From Vicugna vicugna (Eukaryota), in contig MU059820.1 in the NCBI GenBank assembly GCA_013265495.1, positions 2,578,948 through 2,642,947 on the forward strand: DNA of 64,000 bases, given 5' to 3'. This document shows, piece by piece, positions 25,529 through 35,760 of the stretch (positions are counted from its first letter, which is position 1; every line of letters begins with the position of its first letter). The position numbers and the translations under genes were made by a program. Below the pieces are notes generated by a model. The model searched no databases, was not told where the DNA came from, and saw only the letters and a list, made by a program, of their open reading frames with translations.

Positions 25529-28500
25529 ACCTAGAACTTGATGCAAATGCTGTTAGTTATACACCAGAACTAGTGCTATTACTCACCAAATGACACCTTC
25601 CAGGCACACTGTCACACTTGCACACATTCCTATTAGATAATACAATGAAATTTAAAGCTTCATTTAAAAAAGTCTGTTTTTTCAGGGTAAAAACATTTTG
25701 GGTAGGAGACGGGTGATGCCTGTAAATTTAAAGAGAAAACTGCCTCAGCACCAGGATCAAAACTTAATTTATAGGTTTGTCTCTCACAATGCATATAAAA
25801 TGTTCAGATTTAGTCTCTCTCCCCAACACAACATTGTTGGCAAAAATATGGATCCTGTAGATGCACTTGCTGGTTCATTTCATAAAATTTTCACACTGGA
25901 AACCACATTTCTGTGACTGGGAAGATGACTGGTGGTGAATATTTGTCAAAATCTACCCACTAAAAGAGAACACCAGTACTGCATGCTCCCTGGTCCTAAG
26001 TACAGCCATAGAGAGGAACCGTGAAGTGCGAGACTGAAGGGGTCGCTGGGATTAATCTGACATGAACTCATCTGTAAAAACAGGAATTAAGTAGCCATTT
26101 CATTAAAATTTGGGGTTATCTTCACACATTGTAAATAGGAAAGTTGATTAATAGCCTTAATGCATAGGGAAAAATAGATTTGAATGGCCATTTGGACATT
26201 GTGCATTGAGCAGAATCAGCCTCTGAGGCTTTGTTTAAATAACTATTCAGTTCAGTAATAAATAAATAAATGAGTATCTGTAGTTGATTAGCAGGTATGG
26301 TTAGATCAAGACTATAGTTGAAGGAATACAGAATATTCTTTTTAAGATGACACTGTCCTTTATTTGAAGGAAATAACTTCATTAATTTGTGCTAGTAAAA
26401 TGTTGTCAAGTATGTGTGTATTGCAGTACTTTGTCAGAAGAGAGTTGGAATAGCATTCAGCACTGACTACAATTACCATGACCTCTTATTTCTATAGGAC
26501 CCTAATTATTCCTAGGACTCATTATTTTAAATACATTTTAAAGTATATTTTTATCCCAAATGACTTTATTTTATTTTTCTACCTCCCTAAATACTTTAAG
26601 TATAGTGAAAGGGGAAAAAAAAAAGCCCTGTTAATTCAACAGAAGTGTCTTGATAATTTTTCAACTTAACTACCAATTTCTCTTCTATCGGTATTAGTAA
26701 ATTTAACAATTTTTTAAATATCCAGAGTGAACCAATTCTCTTTTGGTACTTAAATGAAAATTATTGAAAATAAAAGAAGGAAACAATAAATGCCATCTCA
26801 GTAAGCCAAATCCAAATTTGTTGAATTTAAACATTTCAATTCCACCAACCTCAAGGTTCTGATACAATGAACTAAAACAAAAACAAAAAGAAACCTTGCT
26901 TTGAAAAGTATCATCACTTTAAATCTGGTAAAAATAAATAACTGCCTTTTTCCCTAGCTCTTTTCCTTTGCCTTATTCTGGCTCTCCCTGGTCCATTTCC
27001 CTTATTAATCTACATATTATTTACATATCATTTGATTAAGGAAGATTTAATGAAAAAGAAAAGAGTTTTATCTTGTCCGCCTGCTTATTTTGATAAAGAG
27101 GGTTTATCTTGTCTTCATGAAAATTCACTTTATCAACATCCAACCCTTGAGGAAAGTAACACTTTCTACCTGTGAAGATCAGCGAATGGGGTTAAACTTC
27201 TACAAGGCTGTATTTACCTATTTTTAATCTCCAATGATGTTTTCCCTATTGCTTAAAATACCTTTTCTCATGTTTTATTTTCTTTTTATCCTGTAGAGTA
27301 AGGGTAATTTGTGAGAAGGTAGGGAGGAATATGAGAGTAAATTAAAGCATTTTTATATACTCAAAGGAAACAGCATATGCCAGTCCTATGTATTAAATAA
27401 AGATCCGGTTTGTAATACAAGTGAATATACTGTTTACTGATGGTTAGGAAATACCAAGGTGGGGTATGAAAATGATTGTTTTAAAAATTACAAAATGGCT
27501 CCAAGTGCACAGGAATAAAATTAAGTTGCTCTCCTTAACAAATCCTACTTGAAATGGGTAAACCAATTATTTTAGAATATGCTATTGACTGCTATCAGGA
27601 CATAATGACCCTTTGCTCAGCAATTAGCCACCCAGGAAGAAAGCAAGTCATAGTTTGGTAAATTAGCGCTGAATACTGGAACATGGAATCCACCAGAACC
27701 AAAGATTACTGACTGAGTAGTTTCTTATACCTAGATTACTTATATTCCCCCTTTTTTTTAATTCATGAGAAAAACTGAACTTTAGAACTCACAACTACAT
27801 TACTTTGTTTATCTAATGATCAGTATTCTTGTCTGGCTTTACCTTCGTAAGTAATGTCTTCTTCCCTTCTGCTGATAGCATCAGATGGAGTATTGCTGCT
27901 TTGTTTAAGTCCTAATAATACTCCATTCATCACTTCTGTCTACTTTGGGTAGCAACTATTTTATAAATTAGACTATAGATAAACTTGTCAATATCCATCA
28001 GGAACTGAAATGTAAAAAAAACATAGTGTAATATCTCACCCTTTGCCCAGATTTAGAATAGATTGCTTCTGCCTTCACTAGCCATCATGGAAAAAAAAAA
28101 AAAAGACAGGAAAGTATAAACATACTGCTTTATCCAAGTCCTTACTGCTCTACATGCATCATCTCTACATGCCCAGCAAGGAAAACCAGGATACATCTTG
28201 TTTACCTTCATAAACAGCAAACCAGAACTAGCTCAAGACCAAAAGGGCAGAAAGCCGTCCTAAAAAGAGAATGGCAGCCTTTCCATCCAGTTGCCAAACC
28301 TTGACTGGGTTCTGCAGTTCAAATTGTGCCTTGTAACACCTGGATGCCCAGTTTAAAAGCTTTCTATTCAAAGTGTGACTGCCACCTTCCTCTACTATTT
28401 TTCCTCATCAGTATCGGCCCCCAGGAGGGTGTGTGTGAAGATCTGGTATCAAAGATGAGGGGAGCAGGGCTGAGACCATCCTTGTCCAAGGTGAAGGCAG

Positions 28501-28990
28501 AATGGTGAGAGGGACTTACCTGTTTTCCCTGTACGAATGTTGAAATGGAACTGGAGTGATAACAAAGTATCCCCTCTTGCACAGTTTCTTCCTTGTTTCT
28601 ATTAAGAAAAGTGACTCCTCCTCTGCTTCCTGTGCCTGCCAGCTTGGAAATGTAGTAACTGTGCTCACATGCTGATTCGAAGTTTGTCCCTGGGTTTCAT
28701 CTCACTAACATGCCCTTTCCCTTTCTTGGAGCTCACCAGCTCTGCTGAGAAGTCTGTCAGGTCTGCACTAAGAGCGAAATATTTCTCCACCCTCCCGGGT
28801 CTCAGGGCACCTAGACGGGAGCTGGTTGGCTGGTATATCGCTGACCACGGTGCTCCCACAGCGCCTCTGCCATCTACTCCTGACAAAAAGTTAGAGAGGA
28901 GAGCCAGAGGGTGAGGAACGAATGAACGCTTTTGAAGCCAAAGGGACTCAGCTGAAAGTAGACAACACACATCAGGGACTGATCCATGGG

Positions 28991-28992
<2 letters not shown>

Positions 28993-29030
<38 letters not shown>
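28993..29030. repeat. Perfect (GT)19 microsatellite
   Basis: Uninterrupted gt run of 38 nt. Confidence 0.97.
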
Positions 29031-29032
<2 letters not shown>

Positions 29033-29099
29033 CCCTTTTCTCCCCTGAGAACGGGATTTTCCCCCTTCTCAGTTCAGCTCGGATCGTTTTGCTGTTTCA

Positions 29100-29760
29100 A
29101 TGTTCTTGATTTTGAATAGCTATTCTGATGCACGGCCATGCGTGAAATGGATGATTTGCAAGCTCCCCTATCCCACGCAGTTCCGTGGATAATCTTATAA
29201 CCAGATTCCGCACGGGCAAGGGAATCGTTCCTTTATAGAAAGTGACTGGCTTCCCGGGACCCAGGGAACTCACAGTGCTCGCTGTGGCAGCCGGCCGGGA
29301 GGAGGTGGGAACCCGGGTGCCGGTGCTCTGGCCTTGGTGCTGAATCAGGAACCCGCTGCCCAACCATCTCAGCGGCCCCTCGGCAACTTTGGGAGGTTTG
29401 ATGGGGAATGGTCAGTTCTAGGCGCCCCCTTGCCCGCCGCAAGCAGGAAGCTGGGCGAAGTCTATGCCCTGAGACCCTCCGCAGGGTACGTGGCTGCCTT
29501 ATTTCTTTGCTTGGAGCTGGGAAAGTTTTGTCCAACGTTTATTTGTTAACTGGAGCTGCCTTCTCCCCTCCCACCTGGGTCGCCATGGATACTTGAGCTC
29601 TTTCTCTCTTTCTCCAGGCAAAATGGGCGAAGCTTAGTTAGCTCAGCCCTGACTGTAGCAAGCCCCTTCTTCTTTCGAGGCAGCGCCTGAGCATCCCCCT
29701 CCTCCGTTTTTCAGCAGAAGAAAGATAGGCAGGGAACGGTGCTAGCGGAAATGTGGCATT
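29100..29760. promoter_or_regulatory. Secondary CpG-enriched, GC-rich segment next to the main island
   Basis: Many CpGs (ccggccggg, cccgggtgccgg, ggcgcccccttgcccgccgc) in repeat-free sequence. Confidence 0.5.
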
Positions 29761-30699
29761 GCACCCTGTTCTGTGGGGGTTGCTTGGGGCCACCAGACTT
29801 TGGATAAAGCCAGGCAGGAGACATACTAAACATATAATAAATCTCCAACTCCCAAACACTGGAGTTTTCTCTCCCCCTCCCCTTCCTTTTTTTTTTGGGA
29901 GTGGAGGCGGGATTCTTTGGAAAATTCTGGTATTTTTTTTTTCTCCACGAATCTCACCCCATTACTGTGGCTGTTTCTAGCAAGATGTGTTTCCTCCCTA
30001 AAAGTCTCTCCATATTGAACCTGACAAGAGATATACCTGTGGATTGACCCAAGATTTTATTGGGTTTTGGGAATACTGCTGTTATGTCTGTTAAAAACTG
30101 ATCCAAGCTTAATGTCTTGATGCAAATGAAAATATAACCAGGGGGAAGCAAGCCAGCAGATTCATCCAACCCCCTAAATGCAATAAATACTTCATTTTAT
30201 CAGAAAATTTTGTTTGTTTGTTTGTTTGTTTTTCTTTTCCAATTACAAAATAATTCAGTTCACTCTAGGGAGAGCTTCCTATCCACTGTTGATAGTCAAT
30301 ATCGCATCTCTGGTTATATTGACAAGGAGCAGTTAGGAGTTACTGCTTCCCGTTCTCGGCTTGTTTTTCCCCACCCCTCACTTTTTCTGTTCTTCCTTCT
30401 CATGTTCCTCTGTCTGTCTGTCTGTCTGTCTCTCTCTTTCTCCTCTATGCAAAGAAGAACAAGGATACAGCTTTCCACAAAGACAATGGGCTTTTCCCAA
30501 CTGTAAATGACTACACTGCAAGCCACCCCTGTCAGTTAATCCGTGCATTTATCTTAGCCAACGGATGCTGAAACGCTGTCTGTAATAACTGACGGGGTTT
30601 CTTTGAGCCCAGAGCATGCAGACCCCTCCTCTCCCCGCCACCTCCCCTTGTGAGTTTTCAGTTGCTAATGAAAACCGTATGAAACAGATTTCCCTTCTG

Positions 30700-32110
30700 T
30701 TATGTAACCGGCTTCTCCCTCGCCTTTCCCTGGACTTGGGCATCCAGTTTCTCATCAGAGTGGAGATGCATGCAGCGGCGGCGGAGCCTGGGGAGGGGGA
30801 GGTGGGGACCTGAGGGCACAGAACCTCTTGCCCAGATTGATGCCAGCTTCTCGCCTTCGAGCAACTCCGCGCACCTCTTACCTTGCCGCGGACTGGGTGG
30901 CTTCATTCGATCATGATCTCCTCTCTTGGAATGGAGCAAGATTTAGTAATTCGCTACACGATGGATGGCGAAGGAAAAAAAAAAAAAGCAAAGGAAAGAA
31001 AAACTGGAATCAGATGGTCAAATTTCACATCGGCCCCGGGAGGCTATTAGGAGACTCCATTCTCCTCGCTGTGCATCAAGCTCTGGGTCTCGCTTCCCGG
31101 TTCCCTCGCATCCCCACCCCTCCGCCAGCCCAGCCTCTCCGGCCAGGTGCGGCCGTCTTCAAAGGGGCTCCCTCTGGCCGAGAGCGGAGAGGAGGGCTGG
31201 GCGCGGGGGCCGGCCGAGGGGCAGAAGGGGGAAAAGGCAAGAGTGGCGGAAAAAAAAATCCCCGGCTGGGAGAAAAGTGATGGACCACGCAGGGAGACGT
31301 CATGAAAGCCGCAGATTCAAAGAATGCTACTCAGTTCCAGCCGACTGGCTGAGCCCGGCTGTCAGCGCACGAACCGACGCGGCTCCGGGGATAAAAGCGA
31401 GCGCAGCGCCGCGCGCTGGAGAAAAGCAGCCACACAGTACGTTCCGGAGGAGCAGTGGGCGGGGACCCGGAGGGATGGAGCGGGAGTCCTGGAGACGCCC
31501 ACCCGCGTCCCATTATCTCCGTCATTGTCGCTCCGCGTGGACCAAGTTGGTAGATGGGGAGGTAGGGGGCACTCCTCCGACACCGACACCCCCTGCCCCC
31601 AACCCGAGTCGGCGCGGAAACAGCCAAGTCAAGCCCCACCCCTCCAATACGAAACGAAATGTGGGGCGCTCGGTGCCGGGGGGGGGGTAGATTTTGGGTT
31701 TAGCCTCGGGTTCCCACCTTTTCCCAGGTCGCTAAGTAAGTTATTCGCCTGGAAATGCCTGGAATGCAGGAAAGCTGAAACTCAGGGATCAGTTTTCGAC
31801 TGCTGTTTGGAGGGATTCCTTCTTTAATATTTTGTGACAGAAGGAGAAAGAGGCTCTTGTCACTGTCTCCCTCTGGGTTGAAAGGGAGAGTGAGCCTGGG
31901 GCGCGGAAGCCTGAGCGCGCACTGTCCATGTGGCCGGGAGGGGGCGCAGCGAGTGGGCTGGGTGGGAGCGGAAGCGCCCTCCCCAGAGCTTCGCCCACCT
32001 CGACCCAGCCAGCTGCTCCATCCCATTTCATTCCGTCCACGGCAACTGGGAACCCGTCCCCGCTGCTGCTTCACCCGGGCCCCAACCCCGGTGTCTCTGT
32101 TCCGTGGCAC
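30700..32110. promoter_or_regulatory. CpG island promoter
   Basis: High GC and CpG density, GC boxes, CRE-like TGACGTCT (minus, 31295-31302), two CGGAAG ETS-type sites near 31.9-32.0 kb, no interspersed repeats. Confidence 0.85.
30882..31303 (-). other. Candidate first/early exon (5' leader) of an unidentified minus-strand gene; upstream boundary (TSS) unknown
   Basis: Minus-strand donor CAAG|GTAAGA at 30882/30881 at the downstream edge of the CpG island; no coding exon found in the following 30.9 kb. Confidence 0.55.
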
Positions 32111-35100
32111 TGGAGATAGAGAAAGGAACTGTGGATTATTTTATACAAAATCCAGATTGCCTTCGAAGTTGGCTTTATCAGACCCTGCCCAACTGTCTCC
32201 TCATTCTGATTTTTAAACTTGCTTTGTATTGTTCCAAGGAGCACCCCCACAGCGTTTCCCTCTGCCTCCCCTCTTTTTCTAACCATCTTCCCAAACCGTA
32301 TTTCCACATCTCCAAAGCCATTCCACACAACTTGCTCCTTCCCTGTCCAGTTCACTCTTTTATGCCATCTTTTTCCTAGGGACACAGGGTGGACATCCAA
32401 ACTGTGAGAGCAATGAATATCACTGGTGGATAATTCTGTGATGGCCCTTTCAGGAGCTGGCTATCCTTGTGCCATTCTGTAAAGGGGCTTTCCTTCCACA
32501 AGATACAGAGTCTCCAACTCCAAGAAGGGGACCTTATTCAAGAGCAAGTTCTGTTCAAGACCTCTTATTTCCAAGACTGTTTTGTTCTACATTCATGCAT
32601 TGTAATTACACAGCAAGTCAGCCCTTCAAGAATGCTGTCTGCTGTCAAAGGATGCCTTTGCTAAGGACAGGGGTTTGCCTCAAATTTGCGCCATCAGTTA
32701 CGTACAGATCAACCACATCCACAGCCCGTGAACTCAATTTTTTTGATCTTCCCTAAGGGGGTGTAATCTCACTTGCTGTTACTTCTAAGTCACATATCCC
32801 ATATATGAAGATATCAGCGTGTGTAATATGTGATTTTTATGCTCCATAGTGCTTGCCAGGTCTAGTAATTTTGTCAGAGATAAAGATTGACAAAGGACAG
32901 CTGGACTCAACAATCTCTGAGGCATCCTGGAGTAAGGATGAGAGATGAAGGATTTTGGTGGAAACAGCCCCAGAACATTAAAAAAAAAAAAACTGCCATG
33001 GACGGCAGTCGTCTAAAGAGCATTCTGTACAGTCTGTGAAGCTGCTAAGGATATGTCTGTTAATTTTGATTATGTAGGTTTCAACCAGTGGAATGATTTC
33101 ACAAATTTCTTTCTTACAAGACATCAGACTCAATAAGTAAGTCAAGAGAGAATAAAACCTATCTGTCTCCTTTGAACACTTTGAAAACTGCCCTAACGGG
33201 AAACAGCAGCCAGCGTGATGTGGGCTGTGGCTCTTACTGAATGGTGGGTAAGAGTTGGTGTTGAGTGACGTGGTTCACATATGCATGCCATGGGATTTGA
33301 TTAACACCAGAGACAAGAACAATTGGCCTAAATGAATTCATTGATTCCTGAGAGAGCCCAGTGGTCAGCATGGATGTCCCCAGGAGTCTCGGTGACGTCA
33401 GAAAATCAGGCAAGATGTGCTTTGGAGCTGCCCACTGCAGCTCCTCTGAGCTCCCAGGAGCCCCATCTCTCGGGCTACGCTGTGTTCAGCATGTCTGGCA
33501 TCTCACTGATATGTCTCTTTTATGATCTTAGGTCATAGGCAAGGGCTGGGGGGTGGGGCTTCCATCCTTTAGCGTGTTCAGTCTCTGTCTCTGGGGAGGT
33601 TAGGGCTCCAAAGCTGACAAAGACAGTGGCTTCTAGGATTGATTGATTCTTTTAAACAGATGGGACTGGGTTCTCCCCCACGTATTGAACGGGAATAGAA
33701 GCTTATTAGCTACCAAAAGTGATGAACTGAATTATCTTGACTGGGTGTCATTTGTTCCAGGTAATCTCGTTTTTCTCCACTATCAATTGTGGCAATTTAA
33801 AACCCAATCTATCTGCCTCGCCCACATGTAGCTCTGGCTCTGCTCTGGGCAAGTTGACATTAGAACCAGGGTGGTGGCTCCTTCTGGTCTGTCTTGCCTT
33901 TGCTTCTGTCTCCTTGTTTTACGTTTAAGAATTTAGGCTGTTGTGGAAACCAAGTTCCTCTTCCAGTTCACTTCCCCCACCCACCTCTCTTCAGCAAAAG
34001 AAAACAAAACAAACAAAAAACCCTACAAAAACCATCTTTAGGATAAAGAGATAGATGTATAATTTTAAAGTAACTTACTTGAACTAAAAAAGGACATCTT
34101 TAAGGGTATCAAGAAAGACACATTTAAAAAATATTCTATTCTGCAAGTCTACTTCCAATGGACTGGATGGATTTCATCCATGTTTCTTATTTGAGGAATA
34201 TCTATAAAGAATTGCTGTATTTCCTTTTTAGATTTTAATTATAAATTTGGAGATATATTCTTAATAAATACCTCCGGGGAAAAATTCAGTACTTTTGCTA
34301 AGAAGGAGGTTTCAGATTTTTTTCGGCTCCACAGCATGGTGGGCATTTTAGTGCAGATCTATAGCATTTTTGTTCTCCAGTTAGTTATTACTTTCCCTTT
34401 TTCTTGGGGATACCTTTCATTTCCTACCCATTTTCCTTACTTTGGAATTCTTTTCACTATTCCTAATAACATTGGATTATGAGTGCTTATAAACATTTTG
34501 AAGTTATACGTTTTAATTTCTTTCCCTGACTTGATAAATGTGTGCACTCTGAAGACTCATTTGATAAAGTCTTTCTTGTAGAATGTTTTATTAGTTCATC
34601 ATTCGGAAGGTATTATTCTTTTTAATCATGGTGTCCCCCCCAAGGAATCCATCAAAATGCAATTTAAAAAATCATAATAACTCCAGATATAATATTTCAA
34701 AAGGCCACAGGAGGTGATGATTACAAACAATTGCATAAATTAGTCTTCTTGTACCTCTTCCTGGAAATAATTTTAATTAACATGAAATCTGCACAGCAGA
34801 AACACTGAAGGCTTAAACAAAGGAAATGAATTTATAAGATGCTCTTTCTGCATTATTAACCATTTGCTAGGATGTCCAGATTCTTTGTTTCTTACTAGCA
34901 TTCTTAATGGAGACTGTGAGTTGGAGAGACTGAAATGGAGTTCCTTCTTCTGTGTGGAACTGCGCCTGTCTGGGTCATCTCCTATCTTCACCCTGCACAC
35001 CAGGCAGTAGTCAATGGTCCAGACTTTGTTTGCTTTCAGTAGAGGTAGAGATTTTGTCCAAAATTCTCAGGCTTCCTCAGCTCTCCCAAAGGAGCCTTAT

Positions 35101-35259
35101 CAGCCTTCCTTCCTGGAGATACAATACAGAGTCCAATTTCAAATTCCAGATCAGCCTTGGTGATCTTAAGCAAGATTCATACACCTAAGCCACAGTGTCC
35201 ATGCCAAGAGCTGGGTTTACCTGGGGATCTCCTGCTTTATTATTCTATCTGTAAAATGA

Positions 35260-35638
35260 TGTTGCAGGTGTGTTCTTGGGGAAGCAGACTCTGAGATGGA
35301 ATTTAGTGTGCTGGATATTTATAGAGACATTTCTAAGGGATGTTATGTCCATGGGATCAACATCTGTGGAAGGGAGAGGAAGGAAGTGTGAGTGGGCAGA
35401 GGGGGAATCAGTGCTGATGCCAGCCTTGGCTGATCCCACAGGGAGCTTTGAAGCTAAAATGGACCATTAGAGTTCTCTTGCATTGAGTCAAAAGAGCCCC
35501 TGCCTGACCACTTCTCAGGTGTGCGGTCTAGGCACTCTCCATTTGATGGCTAAAAGCTATCTGCTGACAGCCAGTGGCAGGAAGGCCAAGTCCTTTCTTG
35601 AAGGGGAATCTTGGTGACACATCTCCATGTCTACTGCA
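35260..35638 (-). mobile_element. ERVL solo LTR, LTR16-like, inserted into a MIR
   Basis: tgttgcagg...ggaagcagactctgagatgga...gggatcaacatctgtgg...gaaggggaatcttggtgacacatctccatgtctactgca; flanks aatga/aatgg resemble a 5-bp TSD. Confidence 0.75.
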
Positions 35639-35760
35639 AATGGTGATGGTAACGTTACCTACTGCACCTGGTTTCTGTCACTACTATATGACATAATCCA
35701 TATAAAAAGTGGAGCACAAGGTCTGGCATAGACTAATTGCTTAACAAATGTCAAATACTT
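35639..35760 (+). mobile_element. MIR 3' part (continues tctgtaaaatga at ~35248-35259)
   Basis: ataatccatataaaaagtggagcacaaggtctggcatagactaattgcttaacaaatg. Confidence 0.6.

Noticed and set aside
30882-30906. MKPPSPRQ as the true start of the main protein
   Set aside because: Weak Kozak context and overlapped by an upstream uORF; the downstream exon is not in the window, so it cannot be told apart from a uORF. Not called as CDS
30965-31690. 241-aa plus-strand ORF and other long ORFs in the CpG island
   Set aside because: Arg/Gly/Pro-rich low-complexity frames are expected where high GC depletes stop codons; no recognisable domain
30700-32110. Naming the gene (architecture recalls genes with a non-coding first exon and a long first intron, such as RAI2)
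   Set aside because: I do not recognise the sequence with certainty; BLASTN of 30880-31460 against human would decide it
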